Positions 44,008 through 54,951 of a stretch of 64,000 nucleotides of DNA are shown here, piece after piece. The translations under genes and the position numbers were made by a program. Every line of letters begins with the position of its first letter. Position 1 is the stretch's first letter. The DNA comes from Victivallales bacterium. GTDB taxonomy: Bacteria; Verrucomicrobiota; Lentisphaeria; Victivallales; GWF2-38-69. The notes beneath the pieces were generated by a model, which worked only from the letters and a program-made list of their open reading frames with translations, was not told the origin of the DNA and ran no database searches. Where the stretch lies: contig OZ245791.1 in NCBI GenBank assembly GCA_965228125.1, positions 257,596-321,595 of the forward strand, read 5' to 3'.

Positions 44008-45585
44008 TTATAATGATATCTTAGCTATCATACCCTTACAGTGCTTTACCACACACTCGAAGTCGGCTAATTTGCGAAGATCGAAATATTTGTACTCTCC
44101 GGTTTCCTTTTTCTGATAGGTTACATTCCCCCTATTCTGAGAAAAACCATAGGATTGCTTCTGGAAAACCTCAGATTTACCAAGATCGGATTCCGCAAGT
44201 TTAGCAGCCCGTTCATCTGCCTGCCGAAAATAGATTTTATTACAAAGGTTAAGAAGCAATGTTTCCGTCTTATAAACATCAAGCTTATTAAGAAAACTGG
44301 TTGTACTTTGAGTGCTGAAAACAACAGTTGAATACGTGCTTCTTATCTTATCTACAACAGTCGAATCGTCCATGCCTTCGGCGCTTGTAACTACAGCCTG
44401 GGCCTCATCAGCAAAGAATACCAGGAGATTTTTGTTTTCTTTTTCTTCAATTGATAAGTCTTCCCGCAATTGTGCATGATAGTAAAAAAGAAGTTTCATA
44501 AAGGTATTGATATAATTCCTTTGGGAATAGACATTTGATACAGCAATACAGACAATCTTCCCACTATCAATATCCTCAAAATTGAAAGTGCTATTCTCTG
44601 AACAGAAAACTTCCACTACTTCGTCATCCGTATATGGAGATAAGTAGTTGTTGATAGTTGAAACAACTCCCTGAAACTGCTGAGGCGCCTTTCTTGATTG
44701 TTCAAGAAAATCTTCGACAAAGTATTTAACTGTTTCATCTTCATACAATTGTTTCGGCAATGATTCAAAGAGTTTATTAATACCTTTTTCTGATAGGATG
44801 TCTTTTACAGCTTTCAGGGTAACTTGGCGGTTATTTCGTTCAAACAAATATATCTTGTCTAATAATTCCATAGCATATTTGATGGCAATAGTGGCCTGAT
44901 GCTTAAAGAAGTTTTCAGTACTTCCCATACCTTTTGCCTGTCCCATGGATGAAGCTACATTTACTATCAGCTGAGCGTAAGTATGCCATGGCATTTTCCT
45001 GTAAGAAAGCAGATTAAATTTATGTCTGATATTTTGACCTGTCTTAAGAGTTATGATTTTATCATCCATGTTAAATTCAGGCACTATTTTTTCTATATCC
45101 CGATAACATGAACCTTTGGCATCAACAATAAGACCTCCCCAGTCAGGAACATGTTTAAACAACTGCCTGTAGATTGTCTGGATAGCTCCGGAAGTTTTTC
45201 CGCTTCCAGTTTCACCTGTAATAAGCCAACCTCTGCAGAATTCTCTCAAGTCCCATTTGAGACTTGAGAGATTTAAAACTGTTTTGCCTTTATCAAAACT
45301 GATAGTCTTACTTTTCCTTAGATGATAAACCAACGGCACTCCGATAGTAGGTATGACAATCATTACAGCAATATTATCGTGAAAAGATGCATAAAGCATG
45401 TAGGAAGCAATTATCAGACCTATACATGGCAGCCAATATTTTATCAATCTTAAGGGTTGTTCTGTAATTGATTCTATGTTTCTGATAGCCAAAACAGACA
45501 GTCCGAACATCAACAGAGGCAGGCATTTTTCAGGATAATTTCTGGCAAATGCGAAAACATTTTCGACTGTGCTAGAAATATCCAT
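44008..45585 (-). CDS. Type IV coupling protein (VirD4/TraG/TraD-like ATPase)
   Basis: 525 aa. N-terminal TM helices, Walker A ITGETGSGKTS, Walker B-like LLVFFADEAQ. Last gene of the T4SS operon. Confidence 0.7.
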   Translation of the reverse strand: MDISSTVENVFAFARNYPEKCLPLLMFGLSVLAIRNIESITEQPLRLIKYWLPCIGLIIASYMLYASFHDNIAVMIVIPTIGVPLVYHLRKSKTISFDKGKTVLNLSSLKWDLREFCRGWLITGETGSGKTSGAIQTIYRQLFKHVPDWGGLIVDAKGSCYRDIEKIVPEFNMDDKIITLKTGQNIRHKFNLLSYRKMPWHTYAQLIVNVASSMGQAKGMGSTENFFKHQATIAIKYAMELLDKIYLFERNNRQVTLKAVKDILSEKGINKLFESLPKQLYEDETVKYFVEDFLEQSRKAPQQFQGVVSTINNYLSPYTDDEVVEVFCSENSTFNFEDIDSGKIVCIAVSNVYSQRNYINTFMKLLFYYHAQLREDLSIEEKENKNLLVFFADEAQAVVTSAEGMDDSTVVDKIRSTYSTVVFSTQSTTSFLNKLDVYKTETLLLNLCNKIYFRQADERAAKLAESDLGKSEVFQKQSYGFSQNRGNVTYQKKETGEYKYFDLRKLADFECVVKHCKGMIAKISL

Positions 45586-45589
45586 TTGT

Positions 45590-46237
45590 TTAAGCCTTTA
45601 CGTCTGAGATTGGAGATGTTTTATCAACTGTATTTTCCTGAGGCTTTGTCTCAATGAGTTTTTTCAACTCATTTGTAGTTTCGGATTGCTTTTTAATTTT
45701 CTCATTCAGTTCATTCTGATTTTTAATCATGGCTTCGTTCTGTTTTATAAGAGAATCCATTTTTTGTGCTGATTGATTTATGTCCTGAGCTCCTTTATTA
45801 ATCATCTCAGCATATTTTTGATTATTCTGAGCTACTGCATCCCTATAATCCATGATCCTTTTTTCCATTTCAGCATATAAGGGCTTAACCTCAGAAGTGT
45901 TGGTTAATTCCGGTTCAATAAGCGTAGAACCATCTGATAGCTTTATTGGCGGATTTGGACGCCTATTCCAAGTAGATGAATTAGCAACTCTGTACAGCTC
46001 ACTCTTTTCATACATGATGTCGCTGTTATTTGGATCAATGTATCTGCCAACAGTATATACTTCGACATTTTCTGGATTCCTGACATCATTCATTCTTATT
46101 TCAGGCACATTTGTTCCAGCTACATAAACAGGTGTCATAACCTGTGTTTGAGGTTCAACTTTCGGCGTACTGCTGCAAGCGCTTAACATTAAAAAAGCTA
46201 TTCCGTAAACTATGTTTATTACTATCATTTTCTTCAT
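45590..46237 (-). CDS. Lipoprotein with C-terminal coiled coil (T4SS-associated)
   Basis: Lipobox FLMLSAC. 215 aa. It sits where virB11 would be in a canonical VirB operon. Confidence 0.5.
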   Translation of the reverse strand: MKKMIVINIVYGIAFLMLSACSSTPKVEPQTQVMTPVYVAGTNVPEIRMNDVRNPENVEVYTVGRYIDPNNSDIMYEKSELYRVANSSTWNRRPNPPIKLSDGSTLIEPELTNTSEVKPLYAEMEKRIMDYRDAVAQNNQKYAEMINKGAQDINQSAQKMDSLIKQNEAMIKNQNELNEKIKKQSETTNELKKLIETKPQENTVDKTSPISDVKA

Positions 46238-46251
46238 TTCTTATTCCTTCG

Positions 46252-47544
46252 TTATTGTAATCCTGGGTAATTTTTTAATAACATTTCTTTTTTCTGTTCC
46301 AGTTCATTGGCTTTTGGATAGATATCCTCCTGGGATGTAAATGCTTTTTCATCACTTTTTTCATTGTTATTAGTCAGATCGACACGAGAACCAGCTATTG
46401 ACGCTTTTCTCATATCGATAGTCTGTTCTACATAAAGATAAAAAGTTGATCCGGCAGGACATCTGACAAAAAAGCCATCCTTCATGATATGACTTAACAT
46501 TATATCGGCATAAAGATCAGCAGATTGCTCAAGACCTTTACCTAATGAATCAGCCCATGTACCTCCTGATTCAATCATTGCTGCTCCTCCGGACATTCCC
46601 ACAATATTATTTTTGTACATACCCTGCCCCATGCCTGCAAGCATTTTTAATGCTATGGCTTTAAGTTCGGCAAGACTTCTGTTATCGATTGTATATCCTT
46701 TGATCCCAGCACTTCCGTCTGTAATAGACCATTTTTTACCTTCTGATCCTGCAATCCTGCCATCTTCAAGAGCAATCCCTTTTACTTTTAATTCAAGCCC
46801 ATTATCTGTGCCATCAGACCTCCACACAAGAATCCATGAAGTACTTGTTGCGATATGATCTCTGATTGGCGTTGAACGTGCAGTCCCATGGACTTCAGTC
46901 CCGGAAGGGATTATAAGTTTCCCTTCGTTATACACATCTTCTGTTACAAGTCCTATTATTGGAGTTTCAGTATTAGCTGAATCAATAGTATTGATAAGTT
47001 CACAAGGAATCAGTCTTCCATAAGGAGCAAATTCTCTCATAGGTGAGCTATTATCTTGTGACTTTGCAGTGTATAGATCAAGAGGAGTAATACTAAGAGC
47101 TCTGCTGTTACTATGGATATTATTAACAGAATCCTTGTTTTGTTGCTTTGTTTCTGCTGCTTCAAAGGTTTTAACATTAGGAACAGCCCTCTTTTCTGGG
47201 ATACTTGTATCAGATTCAGAATCATTCCTAACTATAACATTTGTGGTTTCTCTCCCTGGAATAAATTTCCCCGGATTAAGATTTACTGAACCTTCAGATT
47301 CCTGAATAGTATAATTGCCGCCTTTTGGCATTTCTGCAGAAAGCAGGCTTCTTAAAAATGGAGATATAACCATAATGAACAAAAGAACAATAAAAAGCAT
47401 GACAAACTTTCCTATAGGCGTCTTTATAAAATTGATAATACTTCGTGCGTCTTTCATAAATGGAATGCTCATTTGATTAAATGACTTTATGTATAAGTCT
47501 GTAAAAATAATTGTGTTCTTCCTGATGTAGAGACTGTTTATCAA
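46252..47544 (-). CDS. VirB10/TrbI-like protein
   Basis: One N-terminal TM helix and a C-terminal domain pattern (RLIPCELINTIDS...IIGLVTEDVYNEGKLIIPSGTEVHG) resembling TrbI/VirB10. The likely true start is ATG 47472, 5 nt after the upstream stop. Confidence 0.6.
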   Translation of the reverse strand: MINSLYIRKNTIIFTDLYIKSFNQMSIPFMKDARSIINFIKTPIGKFVMLFIVLLFIMVISPFLRSLLSAEMPKGGNYTIQESEGSVNLNPGKFIPGRETTNVIVRNDSESDTSIPEKRAVPNVKTFEAAETKQQNKDSVNNIHSNSRALSITPLDLYTAKSQDNSSPMREFAPYGRLIPCELINTIDSANTETPIIGLVTEDVYNEGKLIIPSGTEVHGTARSTPIRDHIATSTSWILVWRSDGTDNGLELKVKGIALEDGRIAGSEGKKWSITDGSAGIKGYTIDNRSLAELKAIALKMLAGMGQGMYKNNIVGMSGGAAMIESGGTWADSLGKGLEQSADLYADIMLSHIMKDGFFVRCPAGSTFYLYVEQTIDMRKASIAGSRVDLTNNNEKSDEKAFTSQEDIYPKANELEQKKEMLLKNYPGLQ

Positions 47545-48223
47545 TAGGCGTATCTTTTAAAACAATTACTTTATCAGATATGGGTGTAGAAATGTTGGAT
47601 TTTTGTTGATTTTCAATCGCAGACAGTCTTTTTAGAATGTCGGATATAACATTGTTCTCATTCTTTCTAAAATCAGTCAGTTCTGATTCCAGAGAGTCGC
47701 TTCTATTTTTAAGATCATTTTTAAGGTTTGAAATATTATCGGCATACTGATTTTGCAGTGAAAATAATTCCTTCTGATAATCAGAAGCAGATTTCTTTAA
47801 GAGGCTTTCATATTTTTCTTTAAGATTTGAAATTTCATCAAGAAATTCTGAATTAATTTTCTCAATATTATCTGAATATTTTGACTCTTGATCTCTTAGA
47901 CAAACACGCTGGTTTTCCAGATCTTTATTGAAAGACTCTCGGTCGTTCTGATTTTCTGTTTTTAATTCGTCAATTTTTCTGTCGTAGTCTTCCTTTTGCT
48001 TTTTCAGTTCCAGGTCTTTTTCTTCAATCAGTCCGGCATATTTGTTCAATTTTTCTATATGATCTTTATTGAGCCTATTAAGGCTATCAGTCAGTGCATT
48101 AACCTTACTTATGAGTTCGAGCCTTTGGTTAAGCTTTACAGCTTCTTCATTTTTTGGAAGATCTTCTGCTAATAGAATTGATGATGCTGTAAAGAATATT
48201 AGTATTGCGTACAGATATTTCAT
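47477..48223 (-). CDS. Secreted coiled-coil protein (T4SS-associated)
   Basis: Signal peptide MKYLYAILIFFTASSILLA. The rest is heptad-like and rich in K/E/N/L. Confidence 0.5.
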   Translation of the reverse strand: MKYLYAILIFFTASSILLAEDLPKNEEAVKLNQRLELISKVNALTDSLNRLNKDHIEKLNKYAGLIEEKDLELKKQKEDYDRKIDELKTENQNDRESFNKDLENQRVCLRDQESKYSDNIEKINSEFLDEISNLKEKYESLLKKSASDYQKELFSLQNQYADNISNLKNDLKNRSDSLESELTDFRKNENNVISDILKRLSAIENQQKSNISTPISDKVIVLKDTPIDKQSLHQEEHNYFYRLIHKVI

Positions 48224-48237
48224 ATGTAATTTCCTTT

Positions 48238-49281
48238 CTAATTCAGCGAGTTGAGCTGTTTTTGTATTTCTGAGAATTTTTGTTGAATGCTTTCTATTTC
48301 TACTTGAGTGTTCGCTTTGTCGAGTTCACTATTCAGGTCTTTAAGCTTCTGTTCTAGGATAAGCTTTTTCATTGCGTTAGAGCTGTTATCTGGAGCATCT
48401 TTCGAAGAGTCAGGATTATTTACGGCCAGCAGTACAAGGAAATTGTTATCTACGGCCAGCCAGTTTTTACTGCCGTCAGGAGTTCCTGTTATACAGAAAT
48501 AAGCCTGAGTTGTTCCATTTGGAGGGATGACTCCGGATGCATCCGAAAGCGATGAAAAATATATTTTTTCTCCACATCTGATTGCTATGTTTGCCGGATC
48601 GTAGGTTATTTTCTGATCCGTTGAATTTGTAAGAATCACCCAGAATACAAGAGTATCAATATCATTAAATCTATAGATAGCATTGAGTTTTACCGAATAT
48701 CCTTTGTACTTGAATAGGTCTTCTCTGTGTCTGTACTGGATATTTGCGACGTTATCAGGAAACTGCTGCAATAGCAATGGATACATCTTCGCTTTGTCAA
48801 TCGCAGATACTAATAAAGACGGACCAACTCTCGGATTACAGTTACCGTTTGAAGAGCCTAAGGATGAATCAGCTATTTCAAATGTCACAGAGTTATAAGC
48901 TTCATTCTCTGAAACACTTTTTAAATTGATTACATATATTTTCCTGTTATAGACAATATTTAATGATGCTGTCTGATCACTTCTTATTGACTTGATTGAA
49001 AAGTAATAATTTCCTTCCTGATAAGTTAGCAGATATGCTCCATTATCTTTTGCTTTTGAAGGATCACTAATGATGTTTGAACCATAGATGCCCTGTATTG
49101 GAGAGGGGAACATTACAGTCGTAACACTTCCATCCTGAGCAATGTTTAAAGTATAAACTATGTTTGAATCAAGGATAAACTGTTTGATAGGCCCGGCATA
49201 CATAGAAGAGCCTAATAAGACAACCGTTATTATGTATGTAAGTTTTTTCATTTTACGACCTTTAAGCTTTATTGTTGTCAA
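48238..49281 (-). CDS. VirB9/TrbG-like protein (positional assignment)
   Basis: Signal peptide at the probable start ATG 49251 (MKKLTYIITVVLLGSSMYA). Beta-rich body. Lies between the VirB8-like and VirB10-like genes. Confidence 0.4.
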   Translation of the reverse strand: MTTIKLKGRKMKKLTYIITVVLLGSSMYAGPIKQFILDSNIVYTLNIAQDGSVTTVMFPSPIQGIYGSNIISDPSKAKDNGAYLLTYQEGNYYFSIKSIRSDQTASLNIVYNRKIYVINLKSVSENEAYNSVTFEIADSSLGSSNGNCNPRVGPSLLVSAIDKAKMYPLLLQQFPDNVANIQYRHREDLFKYKGYSVKLNAIYRFNDIDTLVFWVILTNSTDQKITYDPANIAIRCGEKIYFSSLSDASGVIPPNGTTQAYFCITGTPDGSKNWLAVDNNFLVLLAVNNPDSSKDAPDNSSNAMKKLILEQKLKDLNSELDKANTQVEIESIQQKFSEIQKQLNSLN

Positions 49282-49969
49282 GCGGGCTTGTAGCCAGGGA
49301 ATATTTTATGACAGCAAGCGGAAGCCTGAGGTTATTACCGAAATCAGGATTTTTCTGCATTAATAAGTTTAAAACAAAATTCATACCTTCCTGAAAAGGT
49401 TGTCCCCTGTATGTACCGTTTCTTATTAGCTGCCCTTTTACCTGGCATATTACCTGCCTGTCAGTTGTTCTTATTGCCTTTATAGACTTTATTTCAGCTT
49501 TCTGATGTATCAGGCGTTTTGAGAATCTGTCTGAATCTTTACTTAGCTCCTGTTTTATCTTCTCAATTGCACTATTGGAAAAAGTCTGGCTGAGAAGTTC
49601 GGCATTATCCAAACCATTAGGATTCCTGTTGAGAAAAGCTATGGCCGCAAGTTCAGCTATGTATTCGTGCATTTTTAATGCTTTTTGCATCCCAATAACA
49701 GGGTCAATATGAAAGTCTCCGGATGGATCCATAATAACAATATTTTCTTTATTTTTTGTGGAAAAGTATGTCATAAGGATCGGCTGGATTATCAGCCCTG
49801 CTAGCATTACGGAACAGCAAAACATCCAGAATCTTGCAGCCTTCATATTATTAGCAAAGAGCAAGGCAGGATTGAACTTTCTGATTATATCTATCCTATT
49901 TTTTTCTTTGGGTTTTAAATCCGTATCAGGATCCTTTTTTGCCTTCTTTTTTAAAAAAGTAAATTTCAT
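49262..49969 (-). CDS. VirB8/TrbF-like protein (positional assignment)
   Basis: 235 aa. Basic N-tail, a single TM helix (FWMFCCSVMLAGLIIQPILM), then a ~170-aa globular domain. Confidence 0.4.
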   Translation of the reverse strand: MKFTFLKKKAKKDPDTDLKPKEKNRIDIIRKFNPALLFANNMKAARFWMFCCSVMLAGLIIQPILMTYFSTKNKENIVIMDPSGDFHIDPVIGMQKALKMHEYIAELAAIAFLNRNPNGLDNAELLSQTFSNSAIEKIKQELSKDSDRFSKRLIHQKAEIKSIKAIRTTDRQVICQVKGQLIRNGTYRGQPFQEGMNFVLNLLMQKNPDFGNNLRLPLAVIKYSLATSPLDNNKA

Positions 49970-49974
49970 TATTT

Positions 49975-51033
49975 TTATTTATTTCCTTTATCTGCTGTGA
50001 ATGGTTTAACCGGATTGCCCCTTAAATCTAAGTTTGGTTTTCTGCTTCCTGTAGATGCGAATGTATTAGTTCCGGAACCATGTAATGTATTCCTGACATA
50101 ATTGCTAATTCCACTCGCAGCGTTACCTGCGGCATTAGTGATATTTTTCTGAAGATTAAAGCCGCCCATAGCTACGGCTTTTTGCAAAGCAGTCGAACCA
50201 GCCCCCATGACAGCTGTCTTTGTAACGGTGTTTAATACCGCCTGTGTTGGATCAGCTCCATTAATCAGCTTCATTACGATTATCGGACCAAGCATATAAA
50301 AAAGAACGGTGCTTATAAGGAAGAATAAAGCTGTGACAATCGAACCAAAGATCGTAAGAGGAATGGCTCCAGATATAACAGAACTCCCGGCAACAAATGT
50401 AGCTGAAGCTGTTCCTGCTGCCGCCCCTCCAAATGTAATAAGCCCTGCAATAAGATCCCATGACTGAAACATCATGAGATCAGCAATGTTAAGGCCGATT
50501 ATCCACATCATTACGCCAATTGAGGTGATAAGAAACTTAGCTCCGATTGGCCGTGTATCTTCAGGCTTGAGAAATGCTATCATCAATGGAGATAGAGCTA
50601 TAAGAACATACTCAAGACATCTCTGCATACTCAATAGAAACTTGCGCAAAATTCTTGACATCCCGAATCCAAGGTTATAAAAAAACTTAGATATTTTGGC
50701 CGTAAAATTGAATGTAGAGTTTTCTCCCTCAATTGAAGCTTTGCTCCATGTATCCATTGCCCTGTCTACCTGTACAGTGGCCTCTTTGGAAGCGTCATAT
50801 ACGGCATCTGTTCCTTTTAGAAGAAGAGGAGGATAACCCATGATCAATGCTGTAATCATGAAGGTTCCAACAATATTTTTCATCGTGTGCAAAGATGAAT
50901 TGACAGTATAGTTTTTTACCTGCCATAGCCATCCGAAGAGGATTATGATAAAAGCTATAGGCAACAACACATTTCTGATTTTTAAGGCAAAATCAAGCCC
51001 ATTGAAATCCATATTATTCTCCTGAATTACCAA
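49975..51033 (-). CDS. VirB6/TrbL-like polytopic membrane protein
   Basis: 352 aa with at least six hydrophobic helices and a Gly/Ala/Ser-rich tail. Follows the TrbJ-like gene, as in Trb operons. Confidence 0.55.
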   Translation of the reverse strand: MVIQENNMDFNGLDFALKIRNVLLPIAFIIILFGWLWQVKNYTVNSSLHTMKNIVGTFMITALIMGYPPLLLKGTDAVYDASKEATVQVDRAMDTWSKASIEGENSTFNFTAKISKFFYNLGFGMSRILRKFLLSMQRCLEYVLIALSPLMIAFLKPEDTRPIGAKFLITSIGVMMWIIGLNIADLMMFQSWDLIAGLITFGGAAAGTASATFVAGSSVISGAIPLTIFGSIVTALFFLISTVLFYMLGPIIVMKLINGADPTQAVLNTVTKTAVMGAGSTALQKAVAMGGFNLQKNITNAAGNAASGISNYVRNTLHGSGTNTFASTGSRKPNLDLRGNPVKPFTADKGNK

Positions 51034-51926
51034 AGATTCATATCGTTTCTGGCTAATGCTTTATCTTCCTGTTCCCGTAGAGAGTTATAAGCCTCTTCAT
51101 TGGTCAGATATTTAGAATTTTCTCTGTTCTGAGTCTCTTGATACGCATAGTTATTTTCTTCCAGATAATTGCGTACCGAACTGTAGATTTTCTCCCTGTT
51201 CATTAAGACTTGAAGATTCCTGTATGAATTTTCCTCCTGATCCTGAATCTGATTAAGACTTTGTTTGACAAGATCCATCCCTTTAGCATAGGCAAGTCTC
51301 TTGTTCTCTGTATCGGCATTGTCATAACAATCCTGGAGTCTTTCGAGCTCTTTCTGCAAGGTTTGTTTTTTTTCTATGTTTTCTTTTATTAAGGTGTCAT
51401 AGTCATAATACGAAGTAGCAAGTTCCTGCAGATTTTCATAATGCTGTTTGGTATTATCTCCAGTGAATCTGTAAGTAGCGTTATCTACATGTCCGTAAGC
51501 TCTTTCGAAGTTCTTCCAAAGGCTCTGGTCAGTTACAATATCTTCCGGGTTCTGATAGTAGCGATTACTGTAATAGTCATATCGCCTGACAGTTCTTTTT
51601 GTATTTGCAAGAATGCCTATTAGTTCCTGAGGATCGCCTTTGAAATCCTTGATTGTATTGATCAGGCTGTTTCGTTCTATATCGTTTTTATATATGTCCT
51701 GAAGCTTATTGAATCGGTCAATGGCATTTTCGTAGAGTTTAATGCTTTGGCTATATGCTCTTAAAGCCTCTTGTGCTCTGTCTATGCCTTCGACAATATC
51801 GTTTGTTGTCTGTGCCGAAAGCAATGAATGCGTCCCTACATCAACCACAGGAAATGCAAATATTTCACAGCATCCTAAAGTTAATATAATTACTGTAATT
51901 AATGTGCATGTAATATATTTTTTCAT
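51027..51926 (-). CDS. VirB5/TrbJ-like protein
   Basis: Signal peptide, then FPVVDVGTHSLLSAQTTNDIVEGIDRAQEAL, which resembles the TrbJ N-terminal motif. Helical, coiled-coil-like remainder. Confidence 0.45.
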   Translation of the reverse strand: MKKYITCTLITVIILTLGCCEIFAFPVVDVGTHSLLSAQTTNDIVEGIDRAQEALRAYSQSIKLYENAIDRFNKLQDIYKNDIERNSLINTIKDFKGDPQELIGILANTKRTVRRYDYYSNRYYQNPEDIVTDQSLWKNFERAYGHVDNATYRFTGDNTKQHYENLQELATSYYDYDTLIKENIEKKQTLQKELERLQDCYDNADTENKRLAYAKGMDLVKQSLNQIQDQEENSYRNLQVLMNREKIYSSVRNYLEENNYAYQETQNRENSKYLTNEEAYNSLREQEDKALARNDMNLW

Positions 51927-52195
51927 ACATCGATTGTCCTTACTGTTATGGTATGCGGAACGAATTTTACTCCGTCCACATCTGTTGGAGATTGAATTTT
52001 GTAATACTTGATGTTGTAGTTTTTATCATCGCTTTTTTTCTGCTGGTTCTGAATTATCCAGTACTGTCGTTTGACTGTATCACCCATTCCGAGATTATAG
52101 GCATCCCTGATTTCATCAGTGGACGAACAAGCTGTAATGGAGACAAGAGAAACTATTAGAGAAGAAAAGGATAATATCCTGCTTATATTGGACAT
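51923..52195 (-). CDS. Small lipoprotein (VirB7-like role possible)
   Basis: 90 aa, lipobox VSITAC. Confidence 0.4.
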   Translation of the reverse strand: MSNISRILSFSSLIVSLVSITACSSTDEIRDAYNLGMGDTVKRQYWIIQNQQKKSDDKNYNIKYYKIQSPTDVDGVKFVPHTITVRTIDV

Positions 52196-52222
52196 TTGGA
52201 TACCCTTCTATTTACTTAATTA

Positions 52223-54949
52223 TCAGGCTATAGCAATATTTCTGGAATATCTTTTTATTGCTTCGACAAGATTAGGTTCTTTTTTTAGCTGCCTTGAACG
52301 AATATCAAATAATTCGGCGTTCGAACTGCTCACATAAAGCATTTCAGGACAGCATATGTTTCTGACCGTTCCGTATTCCGGAACCGGATAACTGTCAAAA
52401 TGGTAAGTAAATGAAGCATATTTATCCAATGACTCATTATCAGCAGGGCTTTTATATTCCCTTATAATATTTTTTGCTCTTTCTGAAATAGTTATATCCT
52501 TGCTTAGATCATCAAGATCACTTCCAAGCAGTTGTTTCAAAATAAAGAACTGTTTGGAATTTCCCATTATAATCGGGCGAATGGTATCGTTTTTGAACAT
52601 CGCATATTGCTGAACTATCGTCAGAACAAAAGTATTAAGTTTTCTCATCTGGGCATAAGCTTCTGATATGATTTCTGTTCCTCCGGGAATATTCAGAAGT
52701 TTGCCTGCCTCTTCAAAGACAATTCTCTTTCTGCACTTTCTGGGCAGTGAGATTATATGATTTCTGATCTGATTACTTATGAGAAATACTACGATCTCTT
52801 TGAGTTGTTTATCTGCTGAAGAAAGTCTGCCAAGTTCAAAGTGGACAATTTTTCTATCAAACCTGACATTTGTAAATCCATCAAATAGACAACCATGTTT
52901 GCCATTGTAGCACCAATCTTTTATCTGCTGAGCGATGCTGCCAATTTCTTTATCAGATCCGAATTCAAAAGAGGACATTCTTATAAGCTCATACAGTTCT
53001 GAATGCACGGGATACTCGTTATTATTGAACCAGGCAAAAGCAACATTTTTAATACTCTCTTCATCGCTTACCATCAGCTTCGAAATATCATCCTCTGAGA
53101 TACTGTTTAATATCTCCCGGGCTATACTTTCTGGATCATTCCTGATGTCTCTGAATTCCACCCATGCTTCAATGAAAGAAGATCCTTCAGGCATTTCTTT
53201 TGTTTTGTATTTATTTACTGCAAGAACAGTCTTTGCAATGTCAGGGATCATATCCTGATGAGACTCTTTCCAGTCATTGTATTTGTCCTCATAAAGCATG
53301 TTTATATGCTCCGTAATAATTGATGTGCGCCTTTTCATAAGGCTTTCGTCTGTTGAGTGACCGCACATCATGGCAACCAGTCCTGATGCCGATGAAATAT
53401 GCTGCGGAGTTATAGGAAGCCCTCCAGTATCAAGATAGTTGATTATATAAGTCGAGTTAGGATTAAAGATCACAGGTGCTTCTCCATAAGCCCTGGTCAT
53501 CACTCCATAGGAAAGACCATCTTCGATGATGCAGCTAAAATCATAAAAACATTCAGTCTGAGAAAGAAGATCAATAATTGTCGCTGATTTTCCTGCCCCG
53601 GTAGACCCAAATACGGCAGAGTGCTGAGGCGAATTAGCTTTAAAGGTTTTAACTCCAATTATGTTGTACAGATCCCCGTCATATAGAGCTTCGGCATTTT
53701 CAAGCAATCCGGTATATGTAGAACTAAAAGGAATCATATCGGTAAGTTTGGGATCATCCTCTTCGATAGCATATCCTTCATCAGAATATTCACTGAATGT
53801 CCATCCAGGCCATGTCATGTAAAACAAATTTTTAGCTGTTGTGCAGTTAGGGATTTCCCAATACTTTGAGCCGTTCATCAGATTGATCTGACTCTTTATT
53901 ATTGATGCGTTGTTTATCAGCTGTTCTGTATTACTTGCCCAAAGCCTTATTATTACATCTGCTTTAAAGGGAATCTTTTCTCCTGATGAAATGTTATAGA
54001 GTCTGTCATGTGCTTTATCTATACTGGCTTCCAGGCTTGCTTTTCTTTCCGCAGCCATATCGCCTTTGAGTCTTTCAATGAGTCTTTCGGTCTCATCGAT
54101 TTTCACTTCGAGTTGTATCGGATAGATATTTACAGTGATGGAATAATTGATGATAGGCAATGATGTCAATTGATGCATTATTCCTGGATAAGTTGTCTCA
54201 GGCATTCTTTTTATCAGGATAATATCGTGATAATATTCATCCATGAAAAAGGCAAAATCATTGTTGATGTTTCTCTTATTATTTCCCTTGAATCCACTGA
54301 ACCAGCAATTGTCCTGTATTGTTGAATCAACTTCAAAAAGAGTTAATGGATCAAATTCCATATCTCTGTCTGAAAAAGAAGGATTTAAGAATTTTACCCA
54401 ATGCAGAAAATGGTCCTCATCAGTCATAGCCGAGACTTTTGTTGAACCATTAGAGAGGATGGCCTGAAGTTCATTAAATTTGCGATTAAAAAATAGCTCA
54501 TAGTTCTTTAGCAGGTCTGTGTAGAAATCCTCCAGTTCATCATCAGTAAGATTATTAGGCACATGTTCTTTTATTTTTTTAGTGATGTATATATACAGAT
54601 TTTCTCTTCTTAATTCTCTATTTAACATCATCTTCCAGTATCTGTTGAACCTTTCTTCCCGGACAAACTTAGTCCATTCATTTTTTGCTGTTTTTTCAGT
54701 TTCCGCTCTGTATAAAAGCAGTTCTCGTTGATAGTCAGAATCTACTCCCCATTGGAATTGAACTCTTGTATCATGCTCTATGGTTCGAAGAAATGTGTTC
54801 AATCTATGATGAATTTCGTTTAATGTCATATTAAATGACTGACGTGAGTCGCAGGTATTTATCTTGAAACCTTTTGACACATATCCTCTAGTATCAAGAT
54901 CACCGAATACTATCATATTATTTACAAACCATCCATTTGGTTGTCTCAT
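52223..54949 (-). CDS. virB4: VirB4/TrbE-family T4SS ATPase
   Basis: 908 aa. Walker A FGSTGAGKSA and Walker B-like KRIVFEEAGK. Size and position are typical. Confidence 0.85.
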   Translation of the reverse strand: MRQPNGWFVNNMIVFGDLDTRGYVSKGFKINTCDSRQSFNMTLNEIHHRLNTFLRTIEHDTRVQFQWGVDSDYQRELLLYRAETEKTAKNEWTKFVREERFNRYWKMMLNRELRRENLYIYITKKIKEHVPNNLTDDELEDFYTDLLKNYELFFNRKFNELQAILSNGSTKVSAMTDEDHFLHWVKFLNPSFSDRDMEFDPLTLFEVDSTIQDNCWFSGFKGNNKRNINNDFAFFMDEYYHDIILIKRMPETTYPGIMHQLTSLPIINYSITVNIYPIQLEVKIDETERLIERLKGDMAAERKASLEASIDKAHDRLYNISSGEKIPFKADVIIRLWASNTEQLINNASIIKSQINLMNGSKYWEIPNCTTAKNLFYMTWPGWTFSEYSDEGYAIEEDDPKLTDMIPFSSTYTGLLENAEALYDGDLYNIIGVKTFKANSPQHSAVFGSTGAGKSATIIDLLSQTECFYDFSCIIEDGLSYGVMTRAYGEAPVIFNPNSTYIINYLDTGGLPITPQHISSASGLVAMMCGHSTDESLMKRRTSIITEHINMLYEDKYNDWKESHQDMIPDIAKTVLAVNKYKTKEMPEGSSFIEAWVEFRDIRNDPESIAREILNSISEDDISKLMVSDEESIKNVAFAWFNNNEYPVHSELYELIRMSSFEFGSDKEIGSIAQQIKDWCYNGKHGCLFDGFTNVRFDRKIVHFELGRLSSADKQLKEIVVFLISNQIRNHIISLPRKCRKRIVFEEAGKLLNIPGGTEIISEAYAQMRKLNTFVLTIVQQYAMFKNDTIRPIIMGNSKQFFILKQLLGSDLDDLSKDITISERAKNIIREYKSPADNESLDKYASFTYHFDSYPVPEYGTVRNICCPEMLYVSSSNAELFDIRSRQLKKEPNLVEAIKRYSRNIAIA

Positions 54950-54951
54950 AA